A stretch of 64,000 nt of DNA from Myxococcaceae bacterium (GTDB taxonomy: Bacteria; Myxococcota; UBA727; JABDBI01). Location of the stretch: assembly GCA_016000045.1 (NCBI GenBank), contig JAECQY010000003.1, forward strand, positions 91 through 64,090, in the 5' to 3' direction. Below are positions 50,566 through 59,917 of this stretch, piece by piece. The notes beneath the pieces were generated by a model. The model was not told where the DNA came from. It searched no databases and saw nothing but the letters and a program-made list of their open reading frames with translations. The position numbers and the translations under genes were made by a program. Numbering within the stretch: the first letter of the stretch is position 1; each line of letters begins with the position of its first letter.

Positions 50566-51163
50566 GAAAGATCAGACTGAGCAGAGAGTCGTCTTGCTAG
50601 AGAACCATGCAGAACAAGTATTTGAGCTCGAAGCCCATTCTCACCTGAACTACACCTGCCTGTCGCTCGCTCAGAAAGATTTAAGGCATTCGATCCGAGT
50701 CCTCTTTCTCGGAGAGCACGCTTCGTGCACAATTAAAATTCTTGATTTTGCTAAATATAACAGCAAGTTAGAGTCTACTATTCATGTAATACATCAAGTC
50801 TCTAATTGCAGCAGCTCGGTTTTGCATAAGGGCCTCTATCGAGATGCTTCGCAAGGTTCTTTTCATGCGCAAGTGAACGTTGGTGCAAAAACAATGGGAT
50901 CGGAGGCGGTCCAAATGCATCGAAGCCTTTTGCTATCGCCCGATGCACGGTGCCAAGCAGATCCCCATTTGGTCATTCAGACGGATTCGGTGAAATGCAA
51001 GCATGGGGTCACAGTTGGGCAGCTTGATGACAAGGCTCTTTTTTACCTACAAGCTCGAGGATTGAGCATCTTGGAAGCTCAACGCCTGCTCATACAAGCG
51101 TTTTCAAATGAAATCATTGGCCAGTTCCCTGAATTTCAAAAGCGAGTCGAAGCATGGATATAG
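50549..51163 (+). CDS. sufD: SufD-like protein, short form (~204 aa; C-terminal SufBD domain only)
   Basis: Position between sufC and sufS. C-terminal ...HGVTVGQLDDKALFYLQARGLS...LIQAF matches the SufD tail. About half the usual length. Confidence 0.7.
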   Translation: MIQRIEKDQTEQRVVLLENHAEQVFELEAHSHLNYTCLSLAQKDLRHSIRVLFLGEHASCTIKILDFAKYNSKLESTIHVIHQVSNCSSSVLHKGLYRDASQGSFHAQVNVGAKTMGSEAVQMHRSLLLSPDARCQADPHLVIQTDSVKCKHGVTVGQLDDKALFYLQARGLSILEAQRLLIQAFSNEIIGQFPEFQKRVEAWI

Positions 51164-52329
51164 CCCAGCAATTTCCCCTTTTAAACCGGCTAGTACATGG
51201 CCGTCGTCTGGTTTACTTAGATACAGCGGCAACGGCTTTAAAACCTCTGTGCGTTATCGAGGCAGAACGTGCCTATGAACAGGAGTTTTGCGCGAACGTG
51301 CACCGTGGCGTTCACGCTCTGAGTGAACAAGCCACACGCGAATTTGAATCGGCTCGTTCGGAGGTTCAGCATTTCATCCAAGCTCCCTCGACCCAAGAAA
51401 TTATTTTCACTTCTGGAACTACCGAGTCGATTAATTTACTCGCTCATTCTTATTCAAAAGCCTTTTTGAAGCCTGGTGATGAGATATGGATTTCTAGCCT
51501 GGAGCATCACTCGAACTTGGTTCCTTGGCAAATGGCAGCAAAATACTACCATTGCCACTTGAAAGTCATTCCGCTGGATCACGTGGGTGAAATTCCTTTC
51601 GGTCCCACAGCCCGTTTGCTTGCCGTCACCTACGCTTCCAACGCGCTGGGAGTTCTGAATCCTCTTTCGAGCTGGATCGCACAAGCGAAAGCGCATGGAA
51701 TGCAGGTACTGATCGATGCCGCTCAAGCGGCGGTACATGTTCCCATCGATGTTCAGGCTCTAGGATGCGATTTTTTGGTTTTTTCAGGTCATAAAGTTTA
51801 TGGCCCAACAGGAACGGGGATTCTTTGGGGAAGGGAACACTTACTGGAGCAAATGCCTCCGTATCAAATGGGCGGGGACATGATCGAGTCGGTTCGCTTC
51901 GAAGATACGCGTTTTGCGAAACTGCCCGCTAAATTTGAGGCTGGAACACCGAATATTGCGGGCGTGATCGGCCTCGGGGAAGCTTTGAGATGGCTCAAGG
52001 TTCAAAATCATGAAGCTCTCACTGCGCTCACCCAATACGCTCGAGAGCAGCTTCTTTCCGTGCCAGGCCTCCGGCTTTTCGGGGATCAACCTCATAAAAT
52101 GCCTCTTTGGTCTTTTTTGCTCAGCGACGTTCACCCCCATGATATTAGTTCAATTGTCGATCGTGAAGGAGTTGCCATTCGAGCAGGGCACTTATGCGCA
52201 CAACCCTTGATGCAATTGCTCGGTGTTTCCGCTTTGGTCCGAGCTTCTTTCGGTCTGTACAATACGCGAGAAGATGTGGACGCTTTGGTTTACGCTTTGC
52301 ATCAAGTAAGACGGGTCTTTCGATGTTAG
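51154..52329 (+). CDS. sufS: cysteine desulfurase SufS
   Basis: FSGHKVYGPTGTGILWGR (PLP Lys), catalytic Cys region RAGHLCAQP. Confidence 0.9.
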   Translation: MDIAQQFPLLNRLVHGRRLVYLDTAATALKPLCVIEAERAYEQEFCANVHRGVHALSEQATREFESARSEVQHFIQAPSTQEIIFTSGTTESINLLAHSYSKAFLKPGDEIWISSLEHHSNLVPWQMAAKYYHCHLKVIPLDHVGEIPFGPTARLLAVTYASNALGVLNPLSSWIAQAKAHGMQVLIDAAQAAVHVPIDVQALGCDFLVFSGHKVYGPTGTGILWGREHLLEQMPPYQMGGDMIESVRFEDTRFAKLPAKFEAGTPNIAGVIGLGEALRWLKVQNHEALTALTQYAREQLLSVPGLRLFGDQPHKMPLWSFLLSDVHPHDISSIVDREGVAIRAGHLCAQPLMQLLGVSALVRASFGLYNTREDVDALVYALHQVRRVFRC

Positions 52330-52760
52330 ATGATTTGTATCAAGAACTGATTCTGGACCATAGCCGGCATCCTCACCATTACGGAGATCTGCCGGGTTCC
52401 ACCCATTCGGCTCATGGGCATAACCCCTTGTGCGGAGATGAGCTGTTTGTTTACCTGGTAATTGAAAACGCTCGCATCCAAAACATTCGATTTCAGGGGG
52501 AAGGTTGTGCCATATCCAAAGCTTCTGCTTCGCTGATGACCGACGAGTTAATTGGAAAAACGCTCCAGGAAGCACGAATCCTTTTTCAAGAATTCCATGA
52601 GCTTTTAACGCAGGAAAAAGATCAATTCGATCATCTGGTCAAAGCACAGGCCTTGCGAGGAGTTCGCGAATTTCCGGTTCGGGTGAAATGCGCCACGCTC
52701 GCTTGGCATACTTTTGAGGCCGCTTTAAAAGAGCAAGCCGCTGAAATAACAACGGAGTAA
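52326..52760 (+). CDS. sufU: SufU/IscU-like sulfur-acceptor scaffold
   Basis: NPLCGDEL...GEGCAISKASASLM...KCATLAW conserved Cys triad; ATG overlaps sufS stop. Confidence 0.85.
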   Translation, partial: LDDLYQELILDHSRHPHHYGDLPGSTHSAHGHNPLCGDELFVYLVIENARIQNIRFQGEGCAISKASASLMTDELIGKTLQEARILFQEFHELLTQEKDQFDHLVKAQALRGVREFPVRVKCATLAWHTFEAALKEQAAEITTE

Positions 52761-52768
52761 AAGGTTTC

Positions 52769-53311
52769 ATGCATATGTACGGTGGTGGAGTGAACGTTCA
52801 ATTGAGCAGAGATTGCGTGGGTATTCAGATCCCCAATGGCGACTCTATGACCCTTGAACAGGGACACGAAGTCTATATCACCCAAGTTCTGGGCGGAATG
52901 TTCACGGTTGAAACAGAATGGGGTTATCTGGTCCGGATTGACGGAAAAGATGCAGACGCCTTAGGACAAACCGTTCCCGAAGAACGTCAAAAACCAAATT
53001 GGGAACAATACGCCAGTTTGGAAGAAGCAGCCTGGGCTCAACTCAGAACCTGTTACGACCCTGAAATACCGGTGAATATTGTCGAGCTCGGACTGGTCTA
53101 TGAATTGGAAATTTTGGGTTCAGACCTACGAGTTCAGATGACTTTAACGGCTCCTGGATGCGGCATGGGAGAAGTCCTCAAGAACGATATTGAAACCAAA
53201 CTTCGAGAAATACCGGGAATAGAAACCGTTATCATCGATCTCACCTTTGATCCACCCTGGAGCACAGAAAGAATGTCCGATGCGGCTCGATTGCAATTAG
53301 GCATGATGTAA
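52769..53311 (+). CDS. SufT-like DUF59 (MIP18-family) Fe-S assembly protein with ~80-aa N-terminal extension
   Basis: CYDPEIPVNIVELGLVYEL...LTAPGCGMG matches DUF59. Confidence 0.75.
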   Translation: MHMYGGGVNVQLSRDCVGIQIPNGDSMTLEQGHEVYITQVLGGMFTVETEWGYLVRIDGKDADALGQTVPEERQKPNWEQYASLEEAAWAQLRTCYDPEIPVNIVELGLVYELEILGSDLRVQMTLTAPGCGMGEVLKNDIETKLREIPGIETVIIDLTFDPPWSTERMSDAARLQLGMM

Positions 53312-53357
53312 ATCAGTTGCAAAGCTTCAAGTCCTACGCTAAGCCGATCCCAATGAT

Positions 53358-53434
53358 CGGGGTGTAGCTCAGCTTGGTAGAGCGCTTGGTTCGGGACCAA
53401 GAGGCCGCAGGTTCAAATCCTGTCACCCCGACCA
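53358..53434 (+). tRNA. tRNA-Pro (CGG)
   Basis: CGGGGUGUAGCUCAGCUUGGUAGAGCGCUUGGUUCGGGACCAAGAGGCCGCAGGUUCAAAUCCUGUCACCCCGACCA. 7-bp acceptor stem, anticodon loop UUCGGGA. Confidence 0.9.
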
Positions 53435-53518
53435 AAATCAACGAAAAAAAGTGGTAATCGTAGCATCGTTACAGACTTTATTTTTGTTTCGATTTTTATA
53501 AAAATAAAAATCCCGTCT

Positions 53519-56029
53519 TCAACGCACGCAGCGGACATAGTTCGCGCTGCTGATGCCATACGTGTTGACGCTGCCACCACCGAAATTCACGCTCCACGCA
53601 ACGGACGGGGGCGTGCAAGAATAAGGCGTTGATGTCCAAAACCAACTCTGAGGCGTGCTTGGAAAAGCCGTCGTGTTCATTGTTGGACCCGGAGATGCTA
53701 CGCGAACATCCAGAAGCGTCGACAATTCTTTGACATTGGGAAGACGCCAGCTCAAACCGTCCAGATTCAAACCCGCACAATAAGCCTGTGCAGAACTCCA
53801 GTTATAGGTTCCAGAAACCGTTCGCTGCCAAATCAAGCCCGTTACGGTGTCCAGAACCTGCGTGCTATTAAAGGTATAACGATCTACCTCTCGAACCGCC
53901 GATGAGGGTCGCACACAACGCGTAAAGCCGTTCGCAGGCACTGAAGAACAACCGCTATAACCCTGGCTGCAAACGAGGCCTGCGTAATACGCACCGCTAC
54001 CGTAACTCACCCACCAAGCACTGCCCGGGTAACCCTGCAAAGCGTCGGAGGACCAATAGTAACTGCTGGTTTGAGTGCCTGGAAAAAAATCCAGATCCAC
54101 GCTGGGACCAGCGCAATCTATCGTATAATCCACCAAGGTCTGAAGTTCCACGTGCGTGGGCAAACGCCAGTCCCCAAAACCAGACTCAAACAGATTAGCA
54201 CAATAAGCTTGGGCAGCTGTCCAATTGCCTGCAGGCGCATTCCCTACCTTTTGCCACTGCAGACTCGTCATTTGATCCGTGACAATCCCCGGAACGGATT
54301 CAAGGTAGCGGCCCGTTTGATTGGCGTTGTCTCGATAGACACCCGTTGTCACTTGCCAATTCGCCCACTCGGGATTGTAAACCTGAGGAGAACGCACACA
54401 ACGGACACAGTACGTAACACTGATGAGATACGTGCCGACGCTGCCATAACCGAAATCCACGCCCCACGCACCGGACGAGGGTGCACACGAATAAAGCATT
54501 GATGTCCAAAATATGTTCTGCGGTGTACTCGGAAAAGCCGTCGTATTGATCGTCGAACCCGGGTACGCCACATGAATATCCAGAAGCGTCGACAATTCTT
54601 TGACATTGGGAAGGCGCCAGGGCAAACCATCCAGGTTTAAACCCGCACAATAAGCCTGTGCCGAACTCCAGTTATAGGTTCCGGAAACCGTTCGTTGCCA
54701 AATCAAGCCCGTCACCGTGTCTAACACCTGTGTACTGTTAAAGGTATAACGATCCACCTCTCGAACCGCCGACAAGGGTCGCACACAACGCGTAAAGCCA
54801 CTCGCAGGCACTGAAGAACAACCACCATAACCCTGGCTGCAAACGAGTCCCGCGCCATAGGCACCGCTGCCGTAACTTACCCACCAAGCACTGCCCGGGT
54901 AACCCTGTAAAGCGTCGGAGGACCAATAGTAACTGCTGGTTTGAGTGCCTGGGAAAAAATTCAGATCCAGGCAGGGGCCAGCGCAATCCATCGTGTAATC
55001 GACCAAGGTCTGAAGTTCCACGTGTGTGGGCAAACGCCAGTCCCCAAACCCAGACTCAAGCAAATCAGCGCAATAGGCCTGGGCAGCCGTCCAATTGCTA
55101 GCAGGTGCACTCCCTACCTTTTGCCACTGCAAACCTGTCATCCGATCCGTGATAACCCCTGGAACGGATTCAAGATAGCGGCCCGTTTGATTGGCGTTGT
55201 CTCGATAGACACCGGTTGTCACTTGCCAATTCGCCCACTCGGGATTCCAAATCACCGGAGCGCTTGGGCTTTCGGTAGGACTCAAGGTTTGGGAATACGA
55301 CAAACTTCCGCTCGTCTCAGACGCACTGAGAGTCCTGCTTGAGCTTCTCGTGGCCGACTCCACATCGCTCAGCGTACGAGTACGCTTTTGACTCGGGCTT
55401 AAGCCCTCGGTGAAAGAAAGGCTGAGCGTATCCAGCAAACTCACAGTATTCCGAGAAGAGGCTTTGCTGAAGGTTTGGCTGAGCGTTGGTTTTGTTTGCG
55501 AAACACTCGCAGACGCGGTGCACGTTGGCATCCGATCGAACAAACGAACGGCATAAGACTCCGAGGACAGCGACGTCTTACCCGTCCAATCGGCGTAAAA
55601 ACTCACCAATAAAATCGCGCTTTCGGTAATTTGATGCTCATATTCCAAAGGAAGCCAGGAACTTTGTCCGCAGCACTCCGGTCTCCCCAAAGCGATCGTG
55701 GAGTTGATCTCACACAAAACGCGCTCGATGTGAGTGTTCATGAAAATGGAACAATTGGCCACAAATTGGCCCGTATAATCCGGCATCGCTTGAATCGCCG
55801 GAGTTAACTCGGCAAACAAAGCCTTCAATCCGGTCGAAAACAATTGTTTTTGCTGGGCGGCAGGCAATGTCTGGTTCGAAACGAGCTGCGTTAGTGCCTG
55901 ATTCGCCACGGCATTCGTTACCTGGCTTTGATTAAGCCAGGCAGCAACAGCGGCTTGCCCCCAAATGAAGAACACCCAAAGCCTTGCCGGCCTCAAGCAC
56001 CGTGCTTGGGTTTTTAGATTTTTCCTCAT
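53519..56029 (-). CDS. large secreted family member: conserved N-domain, S/T-rich linker, then a duplicated ~290-aa block holding four DUF1566 modules
   Basis: Signal peptide MRKNLKTQARCLRPARLWVFFIWGQAAVAA (cat at 56027-29). N-domain PAIQAMPDYTGQFVANCSIFMNTHIERVLCEI...DWTGKT. Repeated WRLPTHVELQTLVDY...FTRCVR and WRLPNVKELSTLLD...VRCVR. Confidence 0.8.
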   Translation of the reverse strand: MRKNLKTQARCLRPARLWVFFIWGQAAVAAWLNQSQVTNAVANQALTQLVSNQTLPAAQQKQLFSTGLKALFAELTPAIQAMPDYTGQFVANCSIFMNTHIERVLCEINSTIALGRPECCGQSSWLPLEYEHQITESAILLVSFYADWTGKTSLSSESYAVRLFDRMPTCTASASVSQTKPTLSQTFSKASSRNTVSLLDTLSLSFTEGLSPSQKRTRTLSDVESATRSSSRTLSASETSGSLSYSQTLSPTESPSAPVIWNPEWANWQVTTGVYRDNANQTGRYLESVPGVITDRMTGLQWQKVGSAPASNWTAAQAYCADLLESGFGDWRLPTHVELQTLVDYTMDCAGPCLDLNFFPGTQTSSYYWSSDALQGYPGSAWWVSYGSGAYGAGLVCSQGYGGCSSVPASGFTRCVRPLSAVREVDRYTFNSTQVLDTVTGLIWQRTVSGTYNWSSAQAYCAGLNLDGLPWRLPNVKELSTLLDIHVAYPGSTINTTAFPSTPQNIFWTSMLYSCAPSSGAWGVDFGYGSVGTYLISVTYCVRCVRSPQVYNPEWANWQVTTGVYRDNANQTGRYLESVPGIVTDQMTSLQWQKVGNAPAGNWTAAQAYCANLFESGFGDWRLPTHVELQTLVDYTIDCAGPSVDLDFFPGTQTSSYYWSSDALQGYPGSAWWVSYGSGAYYAGLVCSQGYSGCSSVPANGFTRCVRPSSAVREVDRYTFNSTQVLDTVTGLIWQRTVSGTYNWSSAQAYCAGLNLDGLSWRLPNVKELSTLLDVRVASPGPTMNTTAFPSTPQSWFWTSTPYSCTPPSVAWSVNFGGGSVNTYGISSANYVRCVR
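53522..55246. repeat. Intragenic tandem duplication, 2 x ~870 bp (about 90% identical)
   Basis: Unit starting aacgcacgcagcggacatag at 53522 recurs at 54392 (aacgcacacaacggacacag). Protein blocks NPEWANWQVTTGVYRDNANQTGRYLESVPG... repeat almost verbatim. Confidence 0.85.
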
Positions 56030-56100
56030 TCCGCAATTGCTACCGCAAGAAAGAAAGCAAGAAAAGGCTTTTGGAGTTTCCGTAATAATAAATTGCAATA

Positions 56101-57288
56101 TCAAGGACGATACGGCAGGATCACGCTTTCCGCTTTCGGCTGAACACGTGGGCAAATTCTCTTTTGAGCGCGTTCCATCTCATAGACGAGCACTTCGGCA
56201 ACCTGCTGCTGATCTGCTTCTTGACACTCCACCACCAGCTCATCGTGTATCATGTTGACCAAAACAGCTTCTTGAAAATCCTGAGATAAGCGTCGATGCA
56301 CCCATACCATCGCTAATTTAGCAAGTTCTGCAGCAGTTCCCTGAATCGGCATGTTTTTTGCGACACGAGAGATGTCTTGGCTCGTATTCAGCGCAAGACG
56401 CCTACCCAGGCGAGTCTGAGCATAGCCCTTGGCGTAAGCTTCTTGGACACTCCAGTCTAGGTAGGCTTTAATGCGCGGGTGCTTCTTAAAATACTGTTTC
56501 AACCACTCTTCTGCTTGATTCTGCGTCACTTGCAAACTTGCAGCCAAGGACTTAGAACCCATTCCGTAAATGATCCCGAAATTGATTGCTTTCGCTTGTT
56601 CTCGATAGGTGGGGCTGCCAAACAAATTAATAGCGACTTGAGTGTGCAGATCTTCGCTGTCTTCAAAGGCCTTGAGAAACGAAGCGTCGCCTGAGAAATC
56701 AGCTAAAATACGCAGTTCACACGCAGCATAGTCTGCTCGCACAATCGCTCGTCCAGCAGGAGCGCTTAAACAGGCTTGAAAACGAGTATCTGAAGGAAGA
56801 TTCTGAAGGTTCGGTCGATGGCAGGAAACTCGACCTGTCGAGGCTCCCGTCGACTCAAAATGAGCATGAATTCGCCAAGATATCGGATCGATAAACTCGA
56901 TAAAAGTGGCTCCGTAAGTTTGGACCAATTTGGCCATTTCTCGATAGCGATCCAGGCTGGCTTGAGCCTCTGCAGGGTTCGTGCATTTTGACAAAGCACC
57001 GGCCACATCTGCTGGGCTATTCAAGTTCAGGCTGGACTCTCCAAATAAGTCCAAATGCTGAGGGCCTGAAAGACAATCCATTGCCAACTTCTGATATTTT
57101 AGCATCTCAGTTCGGCAAACTTCAATCGTTTCCACCCAAGCCTTTCGATTTACGTAAAGGCCATAGCGCTGCATCTCCCGAAATACAGGAGCGACAGCCT
57201 GTTCTAAAGTTTCAAAATTAAGTCGTTCCAAACACGAGCACGCTGCTAAAAATAGCAGGTCCTCCTTTCGGTGGCGAAAATACGAGTC
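56101..57288 (-). CDS. family-A DNA polymerase (PolA-type) polymerase-domain-only ORF; 5'-truncated relative to Pol I, possibly a pseudogene
   Basis: Motif A RADYAACELRILADFSGD. Motif B REQAKAINFGIIYGMG. Motif C MIHDELVVE. O-helix region PNLQNLP upstream. Frame is open to a TGA at 57289-91; first possible start is TTG 57231. Region equals roughly Klenow residues 545-915; no exonuclease domains. Upstream space is occupied by the AgmX-like gene in another frame. Confidence 0.6.
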   Translation of the reverse strand, partial: DSYFRHRKEDLLFLAACSCLERLNFETLEQAVAPVFREMQRYGLYVNRKAWVETIEVCRTEMLKYQKLAMDCLSGPQHLDLFGESSLNLNSPADVAGALSKCTNPAEAQASLDRYREMAKLVQTYGATFIEFIDPISWRIHAHFESTGASTGRVSCHRPNLQNLPSDTRFQACLSAPAGRAIVRADYAACELRILADFSGDASFLKAFEDSEDLHTQVAINLFGSPTYREQAKAINFGIIYGMGSKSLAASLQVTQNQAEEWLKQYFKKHPRIKAYLDWSVQEAYAKGYAQTRLGRRLALNTSQDISRVAKNMPIQGTAAELAKLAMVWVHRRLSQDFQEAVLVNMIHDELVVECQEADQQQVAEVLVYEMERAQKRICPRVQPKAESVILPYRP

Positions 57289-58231
57289 TCAATAAAATGC
57301 TTCGAATGCAATCGGAAACATCAGACGATCTCAAGGTATCTTCAATAAATTGAACCTCAAAAACACTGCCTTCAGCAGAGACACTCATTTGATAAGCCAA
57401 CTTGCCCGATAGATCAGGGCTGTTTTTGAGGGCTTTTTCATAGCACCGGGTAAAAGAAGAATTTTTCTTGGCTAAAGTGCCTAGAACACCCAACTGATCC
57501 GCAGAACCCTTCGTCACGCTGGAATTGCCGGAGGAAACGCGTGCCACTGGCAATTCGGCTTCTTTTCTCTCTGCAACGGCTACTTTACCGCTGGAACTGT
57601 TTCCAACCGAATCGATGTCCGCCGTCGATTTGAGAGATCCGCTAGAACCCTTCAACGAACTTTTTGAAAACCCAGATCCCGAGGCCACAGCAAAACTGCG
57701 TTTTTCTTTCATCGCAGAATCCAAATCATCGCTGAACGAATCAGAATTCGAGGAGAAGACATTGGCCATTGCAGTTCCACGGCCTTTTTGTCCGCTGGAT
57801 TCACCCGAGACTCCGATCAGACCCAAAACTCCCGAAGAAGCCAACTTACTCCGAATCGGGTTTGATCCTTGGCCAGGCTCTTTGGGAGAAGCTTGCAGGC
57901 TTTTGCTGGGCGTTGCTGAAGGTGAAGCCGATTCTTTGTTCGAGGGAAGAACAGCGGGCTCGTTGACGGCCACTTTGGATTCTTTAGCTGGTTTGGGAAT
58001 TGGAACGGGCTCATTGGCTTCATGCGCCAAAGGAGCCGGAACTTTTTTGAGAACAATCCCCTTGGATCGAATCGGTTGAACAGTCTTCACCCATTTTTCA
58101 AAATCGCGCTGGGTCACCTGTTCTGGAATCTTAATGTTCATAATCGACATGGCCACAAACAAGTGAAGCAAAAGCGAGAAGGCAAGGGCGCTTAGCAAAA
58201 GAGCGTTGTTCAATTTCTCAAATACGTTCAT
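57218..58231 (-). CDS. AgmX/PglI C-terminal-domain protein (TonB-like anchor of Tol/Exb-type gliding-motor clusters)
   Basis: N-terminal TM (LLLSALAFSLLLHLFVAMSIM). Pro/Ser-rich linker. C-terminal CYEKALKNSPDLSGKLAYQMSVSAEGSVFEVQFI...FSPPKGGPAIFSSVLVF matching the AgmX/PglI tail pattern (from memory). Confidence 0.65.
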   Translation of the reverse strand: MNVFEKLNNALLLSALAFSLLLHLFVAMSIMNIKIPEQVTQRDFEKWVKTVQPIRSKGIVLKKVPAPLAHEANEPVPIPKPAKESKVAVNEPAVLPSNKESASPSATPSKSLQASPKEPGQGSNPIRSKLASSGVLGLIGVSGESSGQKGRGTAMANVFSSNSDSFSDDLDSAMKEKRSFAVASGSGFSKSSLKGSSGSLKSTADIDSVGNSSSGKVAVAERKEAELPVARVSSGNSSVTKGSADQLGVLGTLAKKNSSFTRCYEKALKNSPDLSGKLAYQMSVSAEGSVFEVQFIEDTLRSSDVSDCIRSILLRLVFSPPKGGPAIFSSVLVFGTT

Positions 58232-58232
58232 T

Positions 58233-58790
58233 CTAAGCCTCTTGCTTGATCACCGCAAATTCAAACTTTCCAAAACCCGCATCACCGCAAGTCACCAGAA
58301 CATCGACTAAAACACGATAGGGAGTATATTTATCGGCCACAATAACAACTTTCCCGGTGAATCCGGAGTTTTTTATAAACTCAGCCGTATGTTTTTGATT
58401 CGCTTTCACCGAAATGAGCTCTTCTCTCAGCGAGGTGATGACATAACCGTTTTTCTTGGCGAGCGCGGGAACACGGTACGTTTTCGGATCTATTTTCTCG
58501 ACGACCCGGCCATCCACAACAATGGTCGGGGTCTCATAAAGAGCTTTCATCTCGTCTGAAACCGCTCCTTCCATGCGCCGAATCCCTGTGAGCATAACGA
58601 CGACTGCTTCTTCTGCATTCTCTCGGGTCGTGGAGTGCGGTAAGTCAACCGATGGGTCTTGAACCACAATGGGACTGACGGCGAAAATCTTAATCGTGTA
58701 CACCAAGATGTTGGTGACAACATCCATCAGCGAAGTCAAAGAAACGCGATAGGGACTTTCTTCACTTCGAAATCGACGGCGGCGCATCAT
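58233..58790 (-). CDS. ExbD/TolR-family biopolymer transport protein
   Basis: SLMDVVTNILVYTIKIF TM, YRVLVDVLVTCGDAGF. Confidence 0.8.
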   Translation of the reverse strand: MMRRRRFRSEESPYRVSLTSLMDVVTNILVYTIKIFAVSPIVVQDPSVDLPHSTTRENAEEAVVVMLTGIRRMEGAVSDEMKALYETPTIVVDGRVVEKIDPKTYRVPALAKKNGYVITSLREELISVKANQKHTAEFIKNSGFTGKVVIVADKYTPYRVLVDVLVTCGDAGFGKFEFAVIKQEA

Positions 58791-59275
58791 GGCACCACTC
58801 CTGGAACAAAAGCAACTTCTTCGAACATTGGCCTCGCCGAATCCATGATATGCGTAATATCATTGTAAATGACGTCGGAATCCGCCATCAAAATCATTCG
58901 GTTTTCGTTTGGATAATCCAATTTGAGCTCCGTGAATTTTTGACGCAGCCCTTCAAAATCATAGCCCTGAGGGGTTTTCGGAAACAAAGGCTCTTCGCTG
59001 GTGCCTAAAGTTTTACCCGCAACCTGCAAATTAATTCCATTGCTGAGAACAATCACCATTAAATCCAAAACAGGGCCACTCGAGGCTTCTGGGCTCACGG
59101 CATCCGAAACACCTCCAAATTGAGGTGCATCCACACGGATGACTCCGATCGGCAAGAAAGCAGACATGCCCATCAACACCATCACCAACATGAACAAAAC
59201 ATTCATCATAGGCAAAATTTCAGGTTCTGGAAGCTCTTCGCTCGTGCTGCGCTGGCGGCGGCCACCTCTTCTCAT
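58787..59275 (-). CDS. ExbD/TolR-family protein (second copy)
   Basis: PMMNVLFMLVMVLMGMSAFLP TM; 4-nt overlap with neighbours. Confidence 0.75.
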   Translation of the reverse strand: MRRGGRRQRSTSEELPEPEILPMMNVLFMLVMVLMGMSAFLPIGVIRVDAPQFGGVSDAVSPEASSGPVLDLMVIVLSNGINLQVAGKTLGTSEEPLFPKTPQGYDFEGLRQKFTELKLDYPNENRMILMADSDVIYNDITHIMDSARPMFEEVAFVPGVVP

Positions 59276-59904
59276 TTTTTAACTCGAGCACCGATTAAAG
59301 CAGCTTCTAAGCGAATTGCGAGGGTATCAATTCCATCCACGAGCTTCTTGACCACACCCGATACCAACATTTGAAAAAACATAGCAGGAATGGCCACCAT
59401 CAAACCAAAAGCCGTACAATTCATCGCAACCGAAATAGCTCGAGTCAACAGCACGGATTTCTGATCAGGAGGCGCGTCAGCAACAACCGTAAAGGCCTCG
59501 ATCAAACCCATGACCGTGCCGAGCAAACCCAGCAAAGTGGCCAGCGAAGCTAAACCTGAAAGCGCATGCGCTCTCTTTTGAACCAAAGGAACCGCCTCAA
59601 GAAGCCCTTCTTCAATTCCGGCGCGAATCTCATCTTCTGATTTCTCCGCTTGCTCAAGAGCACGCCGACAAACAAGAGATAAAGCGGAATGCTGATGAGA
59701 GTCACAGATTTTTAAGGCTTCAGCCACTTGGTGTGAATCCAAGGCTTGCTTCATGGGTTCCCAGAATTTTTTCAAATCGATGCTTTGGATCGCAAACAAG
59801 CTGAAGCATCGCTCAACGGTAATACCCAGCACCAACATAGAACAAAATCCGATGGGAGCCATCCAAATCCCACCTTCAACAAAAAATCGCGCAAAGCCTT
59901 CCAT
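59272..59904 (-). CDS. MotA/TolQ/ExbB-family proton channel
   Basis: MAPIGFCSMLVLGITVERC first TM. Central LLGLLGTVMGLIEAF. LTRAISVAMNCTAFGLMVAIPAMFF signature. Confidence 0.85.
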   Translation of the reverse strand: MEGFARFFVEGGIWMAPIGFCSMLVLGITVERCFSLFAIQSIDLKKFWEPMKQALDSHQVAEALKICDSHQHSALSLVCRRALEQAEKSEDEIRAGIEEGLLEAVPLVQKRAHALSGLASLATLLGLLGTVMGLIEAFTVVADAPPDQKSVLLTRAISVAMNCTAFGLMVAIPAMFFQMLVSGVVKKLVDGIDTLAIRLEAALIGARVKK

Positions 59905-59917
59905 CGTGTCTCCTTTC

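Noticed and set aside
53440-53518. Rho-independent terminator after tRNA-Pro
   Set aside because: The AT-rich stretch and weak inverted repeat (gtaatcgtagcatcgttac followed by a T-run) are suggestive, but the stem is imperfect, so it is not reported as a feature.
54071-55342. Two ~140-aa plus-strand ORFs (54071..54502, 54941..55342) with near-identical sequences
   Set aside because: They are antisense shadows of the 870-bp tandem duplication inside the 53519..56029 gene.
57525-58079. 184-aa plus-strand ORF
   Set aside because: Antisense to the AgmX-like gene, whose C-terminal domain signature identifies the true coding strand.
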